Shown here in pieces: positions 12,450 through 24,916 of a DNA stretch of 64,000 bases. Made by a program: the position numbers and the translations under genes. The stretch is from assembly GCF_006345805.1 (NCBI RefSeq), contig NC_042997.1:203732001-203796000 (forward strand). The letters are read 5' to 3'. Each line of letters starts with the position of its first letter. Position 1 is the first letter of the stretch. Source of the stretch: Octopus sinensis. Lineage: Eukaryota. The notes under the pieces were generated by a model. It was given only the letters and a program-made list of their open reading frames with translations. It was not told the origin of the DNA and did not search any database.

Positions 12450-12850
12450 TCTAGCGGTGTCATATGAAATTGTCACCCATAATTATAACCCTAGTATCGA
12501 TCTATTGCATTTCAATCTATTTTAGATTTAGGGTTAGTTAGGGTTAGGGGTGGGAGAAGGGTATCTTTTTTCTTCACAAATGTAAATAAACCCAATCTGT
12601 TTCTTAAACGAGGGACATATTCATACGGCACAGAATGCTTTCACCTCAATAGACGGTCATTGATTGGTTGAAATTGCCGAAATGCAAGAAATTAAAGACG
12701 AAATATGTTACAAACTAAAGAATTTTCTCAAGAAAGCCAAGGGAAAAAGATGTTTTATAAACACATTCTACCAGTATACGAAGTTTAAAATTTTTTAGTT
12801 ACCTAGAAATTATGTTAAAAACTGCCGTTCAAACCGAAAAGATCCAAAAT
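12450..12850. repeat. Unclassified interspersed repeat with short telomere-like TTAGGG hexamers
   Basis: GATTTAGGGTTAGTTAGGGTTAGGGG at about 12525-12550. Confidence 0.4.
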
Positions 12851-13136
12851 TTTTAAATAAGTAATGTTGTAGGGAGAATGTACAAATACCGTAAAGGCAA
12901 AGATATTTACGCACGACAAAATTGAAATACACTGAAGTCAATTTTTAGGCAGATGTGACAAAACTGAATTTAAATACACTGCGTGAACAAAAATTTAAAA
13001 TACGTGAATTATTTTTCAGGGAGAACGTACAAAAACCATAACAATAGAGATTTTTAGGCATGACTAACTGAAGTACACGGAAGACAATTTGTAGACAGAA
13101 GTTGGTGTGTGAGTGAGTTAAAGAGAGAGAGAGAGT

Positions 13137-13179
<43 letters not shown>

Positions 13180-13189
13180 AGAAACAGAC

Positions 13190-13490
13190 AGACTAAAAGA
13201 GAGGATCTATTATAGAGGGTGAGAGAGAATATGTGTAAACAAGAGAAAAAAAGAGAGAAGAAAGAAATAAACAGAAAGAGTAAAGGGAGAGAATCTGTTG
13301 AAAACTGCAGAAGTTTTTAGAGAAAAAACCCTTGTAAAACACCGTTTTTCGAGGAGCTCTGGGAAAAGTACTATAGTGCATGACCATCATTGGTACATAA
13401 GTAATGTGTGTGTAAAGTTTGGTGAAAATCGGTTGAAAACTGTAGAGATGCACACGTACTACACACACGCACACACACAGACACTTATCC
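13190..13490 (-). mobile_element. Non-autonomous Helitron-like element (5' part)
   Basis: The minus strand begins CTATATATATAAAAC..GTGTCTGTGTG and has the core TTTCAACCGATTTTCACCAAACTT, like 22339-22703. Confidence 0.45.
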
Positions 13491-14439
13491 TTTGTTTTAT
13501 ATATATAGGTATAGGTATCACTGTATATAATTAAAGGTTAGTGCCTTTTGTCGTCGACGACATAAACATATTAGAAGGAAAGGGGAAGGGAGAACAAGTA
13601 TTTAAGACAAGCAACATAACTTCCCCTACATGGTTTAGTGATTCTCAAGTTTGGTTAAATTTGACTGTCTTTATCATAGCTGTTAACTCTCCTTATACAA
13701 TCTTCGGTCAAATTGGTTGGCGAGAAAACTTGCTTACTTGCTTGGAAATTATGTCCCCTCAGTCATGACGAGTCAGCCTGTGCTGATTGGTTTAGTCATA
13801 TTCCCATAGACTTTATGGTGACACTACCTTTTACCTGGAAATATATTAGCTCGTGATTTAGACAGGGAATAAGCTGAGAGCTATGGTTCAAATCTCAGCC
13901 AAGTCTCGCTACAAGATAAACTTATATAAAACTGCTTATAACTGTGACTTTTATGTTTCTTCACTAAACGGATATGTGTTGTTGGAGTGAAAAAAGCAAG
14001 GATTGTGGGCGTTGAAACACCAGCAAATATAATGGTTTCAAAAGGAGGGAATTTTAAGTGGATGGATGGCCATATTATCAACCGAAAGTGGAATGATGGC
14101 CATAATATCAACCGGAAGGTAATGAGAGATGTGCTGATGAATGGGCGAGTTAAGAGAGCGGTAAAGGCACTTGAGGGAATTAGGGAGCGAGACGTTTTCC
14201 AGAAATCGTTAGAGGTCTTTGTAGCTGGGGTCCTGGTGAGAGAGAAAGAGGAGGAAGAGGGAGAGAGAGTGAGAGGTGTAATTCTACGAAAATACAGATT
14301 CCACCTTAGTGAGAAGTTGGAGGTGTATGAGTGCAAGTACATTCCTTGACGTTAAAACCCTGTTCTTGTGTAGAGAGTTTTTGCACTTCATAAAAGAGCA
14401 GCAAACTCTCCAGAGCTGAAGAAATTAAATTTGCTTTTT

Positions 14440-14860
14440 CTTGTTTCAGTCAATAGACTGCGGCCGAGCTGGGGCACCGCCTTGAAGAATTTCCAGTCGA
14501 ATGAATCGATCCCAGAATTTATAATTTTTTTTTAAGACTGGTACTTATTCTATCGGTCTTTCTTGCGGAATCACTTAGTCACGCGGACGTAAACAAACCA
14601 ACACCGATTGTAAAGGGGTGGTGGAGGACACAGACAGACAGAGTGGCAGACAAACAGACAGACAGACGGACACACACACACACACACACAAACATATATA
14701 TATATATACGATGGGCTTCTTTCAGTTTCAGCCTCCCAAATCCACTCAAAAGGTTTGGTCGGCTTGAGGCTATAGTAGAAGAGACTTTCATAAGATTCCA
14801 AGCAGCCGAACCGAACCTGGAACCTTATAGTTTCGGCTTCAGTCCCACTGCGCCACCATA
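14440..14860 (-). mobile_element. tRNA-derived SINE, family A (diverged)
   Basis: CAGTCAATAGACTGCGGCCGAGCTGGGGCACCGCC... similar to 565-950. Confidence 0.75.
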
Positions 14861-14974
14861 CAGTCACATGCAATTATTTTTGTGAAAAATTTGAAATCAC
14901 CACAAGAGGATATTAAAGATTTTGAGGCTGAGAATTCATAGAAATTGTTAGAATTAATATATATTAATATATAT

Positions 14975-15520
14975 TAACTTAGCGGTTCGGCAAAAGAGAC
15001 CGATAGGATAAGTAGTAGACTTACAAAGAATAAGTCCTGGGGTCTATTTGCTCGGTTAAAGGCGGTGCTCCAGCATGGCTACAGTAAATTGACTGAAACA
15101 AGTAAAAGAGTATATACTTTAAGGCCGTGAGCTTAGCACGACGGGCGAAATGCTTAGCGGTATTTTGTCTGTCTTTATGTTCTAAGTTCAAATTCCGCCG
15201 AGGTCGACTTTGCCTTTCATCCTTTCGGGGTCGATAAATTAAGGACCAGTTACGCACTGGGGTTGATGTAATAGACTTAATCCGTTTGTCTGTCCTTGTT
15301 TGTCCCCTCTATGTTTAGCCCCTTGTGGGTAGTAAAGAAATAGGTATTTCGTCTGTCTTTATGTTCTGAGTTCAAATTCCGCCGAGGTCGACTTTGCCTT
15401 TCATCCTTTCGGGGTCGATAAATTACGTACCAGTTGCGTACTGGGGTAGATCTAATCGACTGGCCCCTCCTCCCCCAAAATCTCAGGCCTTGTGTCTAGA
15501 GTAGAAAAGAATATATTAAT
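14975..15520 (+). mobile_element. SINE cluster: family A 3' half plus two tandem family B copies
   Basis: GAAATGCTTAGCGG..TTCAAATTCCGCCGAGGTCGACTTTGCCTTTCATCCTTTCGGGGTCGATAAA, with the core present twice (about 15190 and 15370). Confidence 0.8.
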
Positions 15521-15652
15521 ATATATATTTTGCAAATATAAATGAAGTAGAAGTATAGAAAACTAAACATTATTTTCCATCTTACTGTTAGTTTTATTTC
15601 ATTTTGAAAAATAAAAATTTATTTTACAGTTTATTATTGTTTATATTTTAAA

Positions 15653-15835
15653 TTACATAGATATGGGAGCAGAGTGGCGAAACATCGATGTCCACTGCCC
15701 CTGATTGGGATTTGGGGGTGAGTTGTCTCCCCTGTCTATGACTTTCAGGTATTTTAACACTTGGCGCTTTGCTGGAGTCATCTCCACCGCACCAAATTTC
15801 CAGCCTGCCGAAATAGGCTCCGTCTTAGTTGTAAA
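15653..15835 (-). CDS. Candidate terminal coding exon of an unidentified gene (60 aa)
   Basis: Non-repetitive, about 50% GC by eye, open frame FTTKTEPISAGWKFGAVEM...MFRHSAPISM*. Possible phase-0 acceptor TATTTCTGCCTTTGACAAG and several AATAAA downstream. No family recognised. Confidence 0.3.
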   Translation of the reverse strand, partial: FTTKTEPISAGWKFGAVEMTPAKRQVLKYLKVIDRGDNSPPNPNQGQWTSMFRHSAPISM

Positions 15836-15864
15836 CTTGTCAAAGGCAGAAATACAATCATGCC

Positions 15865-16507
15865 AAAAATCATTCCTTTCCTGGTATTGTGAATGTGTAC
15901 AAGCCTCTTGGTAACGCTTCTTAGATTTGCTGTATGAAAAGTGCACACATGTTCGCAACATGAAACTTGACCCACAGGTCATTCTGTTCGGGTTGAGAAA
16001 AAAGCACATATACTGATGGCATCATTGACTTATTAGCAACTTTTTTTTATATAAAAGCAAAGTGTCAAAAACCATTTTCAGTTTCAAATATTTTAGATAC
16101 TCTGTGCACGACAGATATCTAATTGTAAAAAAACCAGATCATACAATGAAAGCAAACAAGAGGAATTTTATAAAAAGTGGAGGCTCTACCATGAGTCTGC
16201 AAACGCATGGTAGTCCTCTAATGCATCAAGATTTTATGAGTGATTGACGAGTGAATGTGTAGGAGTGTGTACTCTATTTTATTTTATTGTTTACTTATTT
16301 TTTATTCCTTCTTTTCTCTCTTTTCTCTTTCTTTGTTATTTATTTATTATCTATTTTTATTTTTGCTTTCTCCGTTTCTTTCTTTTCAAAATAAAAGGTC
16401 CTATTCTCCATTTGTTTTATGCAAGACTTCACGGTCCCCTGGCCATGCTGTCTTAAATTATAACAGGGAAAACTGGAAGCAAAAATGTTAATTATACAAA
16501 AAAAAAA
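15865..16507 (+). mobile_element. L1/Tx1-clade LINE 3' end with poly(A)
   Basis: WYCECVQASW*RFLDLLYEKC...LDPQVILFG; LLA.FFLYKSKV...RYLI; EEFYKKWRLY. T-rich 3' UTR and an A-tail at about 16497-16507. Confidence 0.75.
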
Positions 16508-16910
16508 TATTGTGTACGTCAAAAAGTCGACGTTTTTTCTTCTTAGAGAGCGCGACGACTATATGTGTGTATATGTCACAGATAGCGGACGTGTGTTTGT
16601 GTTGATTCACATGCCATGACATTCATTATATGTGTGTATATTCTGTATGTGTATATGTGTGTTGACGCCACGGAAGCCATGTTTTTTTTCGTCAAGAAAT
16701 GACAAACATTGTGTTCACTCGTTTTCATTAATAAATAGAGGTCCAAATGTCACAAGAATATAAAGGGTGCAGACTGTCGCACCGATAACTAGCTAGTGGA
16801 GAATCTGCCTAGGGTTAAACTAGTACTAATATTCAGCTGCCACTTTAATGCGGTGACAGACTACTACTACTACACACACACACACACACACGCACGCACG
16901 CACGCACACA

Positions 16911-16968
<58 letters not shown>

Positions 16969-17039
16969 TATATATTATGGTCTCTTAGACGACTCAAACA
17001 TATATGTGTGTGCATATATATTATATATATATATATAAT

Positions 17040-17320
17040 CTGGAACTCGACTGAGGATAGAAAACTCCGATTGACCCGTCCTTGTTTTCCTTGTATCGTT
17101 TGTCTGGATGTTTTGTTGTACCTTTATATATATATATTTCCTCCGTCTTCCCTTCCTTGGATCTTTCCTTTTCCTATGTTTCTGACGGAGAGATCCGCTC
17201 GAAACGTTGTACCCTTCTTCTTTCTTTCTTGAGCGTCCAATAGCACTATAGTTGTTCCACGTCCTCGCGTTGTTGTGTTTTCTCTTTGTGTTTTCATGTT
17301 TGGATTAACTTCATATATAT
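17040..17320 (+). mobile_element. PLE pLTR-like module with degenerate hammerhead
   Basis: GTTT-CTGACGG-A-GAGATCCGCTC-GAAACGTT at 17176-17212. Same family as 23480-23700 and 62830-63045. (TA)n on both sides. Confidence 0.65.
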
Positions 17321-17337
17321 ATATATATATATATAAA

Positions 17338-17372
<35 letters not shown>

Positions 17373-17459
17373 ATATATATATACACATATGTTGGAGTCG
17401 TCTAAAAGACCATAAGTGTGGGAGAAGATGTACTCGTATAACTGTTAGTAGAGTGGGTA

Positions 17460-17760
17460 TATTATCCAATATTTATAGTATTTAGTTTCCATCACAGCTG
17501 GTCTTACCAACCGGTTTCGCGCAAAATATACAATCGAGTGTTAGGCAACAAAGCAATTCTATAAAAACTCTCATCAGAGGTAGCCAACACGGAAGGGCAT
17601 ATGGCGAGCAACCAATTGCCATATTCATATTCATGTCGGCTACCTCTGATGAGCGTATTTATAGAATAGTTTTGTTGCTTAACGCTCAATTGTATTTTTT
17701 GCGCGAAACCGATTGGTAAGACCAACTATGATGGATACTTAATACTTTAAAATTCGAATA
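17460..17760. repeat. About 300-bp inverted repeat containing hammerhead-like motifs
   Basis: 17460-17590 is the reverse complement of 17635-17760. The right arm has CTGATGA (17646) and GAAACCGATTGGTA (17705-17718). Confidence 0.75.
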
Positions 17761-17984
17761 ATTCGCACACACACACGCGCGCACGCACAGACACACATCT
17801 TTGAAGAAAAAAAATGAATAGAAATGGTTTTTCTGATAGTTCTTCCACTTTAACAATTAGATGTTTATAAGATATTAGGTGTTTACGCCTAATTTATAAA
17901 AATCTAATTATTGAAGTGGGAAAATTATCAGAAAAGCCATTCCCTATTTATTTATGTCACATATATAATACTGTACCAAAGACT

Positions 17985-17986
17985 TT

Positions 17987-18056
<70 letters not shown>

Positions 18057-18712
18057 GCATACACATGCACATTCATACACATATTCACACGTCTAAAATA
18101 TACGACATCCAAGAGAAAAATCAAGTGTCGTAGCTTTCTGACCAAGAAGATATTTGCGCGTGCGCAATACACACGCACATGCATATACATACCTGCATAC
18201 ATACATACATACATACATACATACATACATACATACATACATACAAACTATATGCTTACATACATACATGCATACATTCATGCATACATGCATACATACA
18301 TGAATACATACATACATACATATATGCATACATACATACATACATACTATATGCTTACATACATACATGCTTACATACATACATTCATACATACATACAT
18401 ACATACATACATAATACATACATAAATACATACATACTATATGCTTACATACATGCATGCACGTATACTCATGCACACACAATTGCACATAGACACACCC
18501 TCAAGGACTTGCACACACACACAAACACACACACATACACACATACACACACAGAGTCACAAACACACATACAAATGCTTATGCGCATTTACAAACGTTT
18601 TCTCACACACGGGTACAGACGTATTCAAATGCTCTGACGCAGGCACAAGCACACATATTCATAGAACTACTCACAAACACATAAGTACACACTTACACAC
18701 ACACACACCTAC

Positions 18713-18748
<36 letters not shown>

Positions 18749-18760
18749 GCGCGCGCATAA
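17985..18760. repeat. Compound microsatellites (CTA)n, (CATA)n, (CA)n
   Basis: Read directly. Source of the YIHT/VCMY pseudo-ORFs. Confidence 0.95.
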
Positions 18761-19841
18761 GCACATAGACGTTATTTTAATTTTTACTATATTATACGTT
18801 CAACAAGTGAAACTTCCGCCCTCAGAGTCACATTTATAATGTAATATGAGTAAGTGCTTCAATGACTTCCACTGGACAACAAAAAAGCCTCTCCTGCCAA
18901 CATTCAGGCCGCCTCATACAGTTTGAAGCTTAACGCTATTCTTCATTTATTCCATCATTTTGGAGTTGAGAGAACTTTATTCTTCAATTAAACAATTGGA
19001 AGATAAAAGAAAGAGAAAAATATATTAAAAAAGCGGTGCCAATATGAGAAAATAAACCGAAAAAGAATCGTCAATTATAAGATGCAGAAATTTCAAAAGA
19101 CAATGATTATCTAACGAAGAAAATTCTTCTAAGTTTTTGTAAATAATTTCAAAATACCAAAATCAAAAGGAATCTCTTCATTAACAGAATAAATGTCTTT
19201 ATTGTTGTAAAGATCTCTATAGTGTCTCGGAATTGAACGCAAAGATATATTTGACATTTCTGAATGACAGGACTTCTATGTGGTGCTTTGAACAGCTAGA
19301 AATAGACATCAGATCTTCCAATGTAGTCCTGGATATACTATATCTGAGAATCAAGATGGGATGGTCACGACTGGGGAGTCTTTGACTATAGATTTGCTGG
19401 ATCAAGGCTGACCAGGGGCTGGATAACAACGATTACAACTACTTTTAGTACTACGTCGATAATATTAGAGAAAAACCAGGCGAAAGAAAGAAAGAAAGGA
19501 CAGCAACCAAAACTTTGCGATTGTTTCTATTCAGTTGGACTTGAAGACGCCATTAGATTGGAATTTGTAAGTATCGATTTATGCCAAACAATTGATTTGA
19601 TCTACACATAAAAACAGGCAGAGGAGAGGAGTAAAGAATGATATGATGAGAGAGAGAGAGAGAGAGAGAAAGGAAGAAAGGGAGAGCGAGAGAGGAAGAG
19701 AGAGAGGTAGAGAAGGAGAGAGAAGAGAGAGCACCAGGCTGTATGGAGCTTTATCGATCTCGATAGGACGAAGAGCAAAGTTGGTTTCCGTGGGATTGTT
19801 TAGAAAATCGGAACAAATATATTCGGGGATGCTCTAATCAC

Positions 19842-19844
<3 letters not shown>

Positions 19845-19891
<47 letters not shown>

Positions 19892-19898
19892 AACACTG

Positions 19899-19982
<84 letters not shown>

Positions 19983-20010
19983 CCTATCTATCTACCTATC
20001 TGTTTGCCTG

Positions 20011-20081
<71 letters not shown>

Positions 20082-20090
20082 GTTTGCCTG

Positions 20091-20143
<53 letters not shown>

Positions 20144-20186
20144 ATATCTATCTATCTACCTATCTATCTACCTATCTGTTTGCCTG

Positions 20187-20254
<68 letters not shown>

Positions 20255-20293
20255 CCTATCTGTTTGTGCCTTCTATCTATCTATCTATCTATC

Positions 20294-20335
<42 letters not shown>
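19845..20335. repeat. (CA)n followed by a (TATC)n GATA array with periodic TGTTTGCCTG interruptions
   Basis: Interruptions at about 20001, 20081, 20177 and 20261. Confidence 0.95.
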
Positions 20336-20654
20336 CACATATACCACTACAGAAGTCGATCTATATTTATGATTTTTTTAACAGGGCAAACAAAAAAAAC
20401 ATCCAAAATATGATAAAAAAAAAAAAAGTCACTGGAGCAAGCAAAAACTGCTAAGGGAAGAATTTTGAAGATTTAAATCTAAACTAGGATGGAACAGAGT
20501 GTATTGGCAGCGACAATACACGAAGCTCTAAGCCCTTGAGTCACTTCATAACTTCTGCCGTTGATGTAATACACACAAGCGCGCGCGCGCACACACACAC
20601 ACTCACTCATGTTTTGAGTTCTATTTTCCAGTTTCTGTTACCAAACCTCTCTTT

Positions 20655-20690
<36 letters not shown>

Positions 20691-20694
20691 CTTT

Positions 20695-21090
20695 TTTACT
20701 CTTTTTACTTGTTTCAGTCATTTGACTGCGGCCATGCTGGAGCACCGCCTTTAGTCGAGCCAATCGACCCCGGGACTTATTCTTTGTAAGCCCAAGTACT
20801 TATTCTATCGGTCTCTTTTGCCGACCGCTAAGTGACGGGACGTAAACACAACCAGCATCAGTTGTGAAGCAATGCTATGGGGACAAACACAGACAGCATA
20901 CACACACACAACATATATATAATATATATACATATACGACGGGCTTCTTTCAGTTTTCCGTCTACCAATCCACTCACACAGGCATTGGTCGGACCCGGGC
21001 TATAGTAGCAGACATTTGCCCAAGATGCCACGCAGTGGGACTGAACCCGGAACCATGTGGTTCGTAAGCAAGCTACTTACCACACAGCCA

Positions 21091-21092
<2 letters not shown>
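20695..21092 (-). mobile_element. tRNA-derived SINE, family A
   Basis: Similar to 565-950. Confidence 0.85.
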
Positions 21093-21167
<75 letters not shown>

Positions 21168-21181
21168 TATATATATTATAT

Positions 21182-21214
<33 letters not shown>

Positions 21215-21364
21215 TTATTATATTTTTTCAATATTTTTATGCAACAAAAACATTAACAATATTCTACAGAAATTTTAAAAGGATTATTCTGGAGCATATT
21301 CACCATCTACTTCAATTTCTGCTTGGTGCTTTGCTGAATAAAATTTATTGGAAAAAGCCGCAAT

Positions 21365-22130
21365 AATTATGCACCAACCTAATACACACACACACACATA
21401 CACACACACAAACGCACGCAAACACACACAGGCACACACATACACAGGCACACACGCGGACACACACGCACCAGCAGACACGAACGCACTCACGCAAACA
21501 CACACACGCACACACACGCATACACACGCAAACACACATACGCACATACATACACACACATATACACACATATGCAGAAAGACGCATGAACACACAGAAA
21601 CACACGTATACACACGCAAACACAGACACATACAAACACACATACACACAAGCACAAACACACGCACACCACATACACACGCATCCACACAAACCACACA
21701 CACGCACACACATACACAAGTACACACACATACACATGCACACACACACACGCAAACATACACACGCAGACACACACACACATACACACACACGTACGAG
21801 CACACACACGAACACACATGCGGACACATACATACGCATACACACACAAACACACACATACAAATACACGCATACACGTACATACACACGCATACACACA
21901 CATACAAACACACGCAAACACACACACAACACACAGAAACACACGCACGAATACGCACACACACATACATACACGCACGCGCACACACACATACACACGC
22001 ACACACGCGCACTTACACACACGAATACACACACACACACGCACACACATACGCATGCACACACAAACACACACACACAAACACACGCACACATGCACAC
22101 AAAACGCACGCGCGCACGCACGCACACACG

Positions 22131-22202
<72 letters not shown>
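21365..22202. repeat. About 840-bp degenerate (CA)n low-complexity tract
   Basis: Read directly. Source of the HT/CV pseudo-ORFs. Confidence 0.95.
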
Positions 22203-22204
<2 letters not shown>

Positions 22205-22338
22205 AATATATTATTGCAGCTTCCGTCTTTTATGAGTTTTAAATTAAGAAACTTGTGTTTTATACAAAAGGGTTTTGTTTTTGTTGTTGAAATCAGGAGA
22301 TTTCGTTTCCGTTTATGCCAAACTTTGGTTTAGGTTTA

Positions 22339-22703
22339 TCTCTCTCTATATAAACGGCAGTTTGTCTGTGCGTTTTCTGTGTGTCTGTTTTCTCGTACCC
22401 TCACCCTGACCACGGCTTTCAACCGATTCGATGAAACTTGACACACACATAGCCCAATGTCAAATTCAAACTAACGCAGCGAAAATTTTGAAAAGTTCCC
22501 CCAGATCTGAAAAAATCGATAAATTCGACATGGGGTCGAGAATCAGAAACACAAACCACAGACTGTCTAGGGGACGCAACTCGACCTTTTTAACTAAAAA
22601 AATTTTACCATCATTTTTTCCCCATTTTTTGGCTAAAACTCTCTAAAAATGCTTTATAGTTATTTCCCTTACAAACCCGAGCAACGCCGGGCGATACTGC
22701 TAG
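22339..22703 (+). mobile_element. Non-autonomous Helitron
   Basis: 5' A|TC, 3' hairpin CCCGAGCAACGCCGGG, then CTAG|T at 22700-22704. These are the canonical Helitron termini and A-T target. Confidence 0.85.
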
Positions 22704-22719
22704 TGTTAGGATAAAAGGA

Positions 22720-23020
22720 AATGACCCCCTTCGGTCATGAACGACCGTTGGATTGTACAAGTCTGGGCAAGTTTTTTTTATGGAAGACCAGCAGCCGCCC
22801 ATGCATAATACCACCCTTCCCTTTCCACGCCACCAATGTTACCCAAGGGAAGGGCAAAGGCCGATACAGCTTGGCACTAGTGACGACTCATTTCTACAGC
22901 TAAGTGAACTGGTGTAACGTGGAATAAAGTGTCTTGGTCAAGAACACAACACACAATCCGGTTCTGGAATCGAACTCACTACATCATGATTGCGAGCCCG
23001 ATGCTTAACCACTGAGCCCA
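22720..23020 (-). mobile_element. tRNA-derived SINE (family E)
   Basis: Minus-strand head TGGGCTCAGTGGTTAAG...GAGTTCGATTCC contains A and B boxes. Confidence 0.75.
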
Positions 23021-23110
23021 TAAGTATATATATATATATATATAAGATATATATTATATATATTATATATATATTATATATATATATATATATAATATAT
23101 TATATATATA

Positions 23111-23192
<82 letters not shown>

Positions 23193-23479
23193 TATATATA
23201 ATTAATCATATAGGGTGGCAAAAAATTTCGTAGAATCTTTTGCCCCCAGCGGCCTAGTGGGAAAAAATTAAATAGTCATAGACCATTTATAAATTCAACA
23301 GCAAAATCAAGGAACAGCCATAATAGGCCATTCACCCACTAGAAAACAAGCCAAAGTAAATGTTTTTTTAATTTTCTCCTGGTTTGCGGAATTAATGTTG
23401 TTTTTGCGGTTGAAGCCTTGGCTGTTATTTCTAGTGGTGAATGGCCTATTATGGCCGTTCCTTGATTTTGCTATATTAT

Positions 23480-23700
23480 ATATATATATATATATAAAGT
23501 TAATCCAATCAAGAAACACAAAAAAACACAACAACGCGAGGACGTGGAACAAATATAGCATTATTGGACGCTCCAGAAGAAGGAGAGGAGGGTTTAACGT
23601 TTCGAGCGGAGCTCTTCGTCGCAAAACATAGGAGAAGAAAGATCCCCGAGATAGGGAGACAAGGAAAAAAATCTCCAACGGTACACACACGAGGTCACAT
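23480..23700 (-). mobile_element. PLE pLTR-like module with degenerate hammerhead
   Basis: Minus strand reads GTTTTGCGACGAAGAGCTCCGCTCGAAACGTTAAAC (23592-23627). Same family as 62830-63045. Confidence 0.65.
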
Positions 23701-23844
23701 TCAATAATAAGGGTAAAATTAATTAATTGTTAATTAATTTTACCAAGTAGTGTTCAGTATGTAAAAAGACCATTTACGGTAATTTAAAACATTACGTTTA
23801 TCTAATTATATAACGTAATGTTTTATATTAATAATATATTATAT

Positions 23845-23893
<49 letters not shown>

Positions 23894-23894
23894 C

Positions 23895-23925
<31 letters not shown>

Positions 23926-24064
23926 ACTTTGCAGCCTTTGAAACATATGTAGAAAATAATAAAAAGGAATTTTGTGAAATCTTCGTTCAGCTCCATTTCT
24001 TCCCTCACTAATATATATATATATATATATAATATATATATATATATATAATAATTACATATAT

Positions 24065-24290
24065 ATATATATCCCTGCATATCCCTGCATATCGCATGTC
24101 TCTTTTTCTTCCTCCACTTCACTCTCTACTTCATATCTTCTTTAGATAACTATTCCCTAAACCATCTTCTCACAACTGTCTCCGATGGAGGGATATATAA
24201 AATATTCCGGAAACAGCTGTAACACCTTCTCTTTATAATGTTCTGATATCTTTCACACAGCCTTGGATTTTTATCTCATTCTATATATAA
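24065..24290 (+). mobile_element. PLE pLTR-like module with type I hammerhead motif
   Basis: GTCT-CCGATGG-A-GGGATAT-ATAAA-ATATTCC-G-GAAAC-AGCT-GTA-ACAC at 24178-24225. Reverse-complement copy at 52460-52660. Confidence 0.65.
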
Positions 24291-24301
24291 TATATATATT
24301 A

Positions 24302-24332
<31 letters not shown>

Positions 24333-24334
24333 CT

Positions 24335-24665
24335 TAGATAAACTTAGATGTGTTTCGACCATGATTGGTCCAGGCCATGTCTAACTTAATAGCACCCACC
24401 TGATAGGATTATTGAATCCCTGTTTAAGTCAAGTTTTGCTTATGTCCATTCAAGTAGTGAGTTTTTGTGGGTGAGTTGTATCCAATTATGGTGGCTTATC
24501 TGGTATTCTTTGAAGGAATCCATCCAGACCTCCGTTTAAAGTTGATGGGATCCTGTTCTCTTTGATGATCTCTTTCGGGACAATGTTAAATAGGGCGGGC
24601 TGTTTGAGGAAAAGAAATTTGTTGTAGTGTATATGTATGCTGTGATCTTGAATTGGGCAGGGGAC
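24335..24665 (-). mobile_element. CR1-clade LINE 3' fragment
   Basis: Its reverse complement resembles 50640-50885, including GTGCTATTAAGTTAGACATGGCCTGG. Confidence 0.75.
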
Positions 24666-24874
24666 GTATGTGACAATTAGTTGTTGTCATAATAAACTCA
24701 GAGTTTTGGATACCGGAGATTATTGATACGCCGGAGCGGACTTCATCTCCGGTATCCAAAACTCTGAGTTTTATTATGACAACCAACTAATTGTCACATA
24801 TTATAGTTATAGATTTATAGATAAATTCCTCTATTTTACATAATATCGAGGTCTCATTCATTCTTTTGTTGTCA

Positions 24875-24914
<40 letters not shown>

Positions 24915-24916
<2 letters not shown>

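Noticed and set aside
12525-12550. Interstitial telomere
   Set aside because: Only about four imperfect TTAGGG units embedded in an interspersed repeat.
13987-14349. 120-aa + strand ORF with an internal RKWxDGHxIN repeat and promoter-like motifs upstream
   Set aside because: No family recognised and no good start codon. The minus strand loosely resembles a decayed Jockey/CR1-group LINE C-terminus, so it is probably an antisense open frame. A BLAST would settle it.
17916-22333. Long ORFs of 130-295 aa (HT, CV, YIHT, LSIY repeats), and similar ones elsewhere
   Set aside because: They are translations of (CA)n, (CATA)n, (TATC)n and (TA)n microsatellites, which lack stops in some frames.
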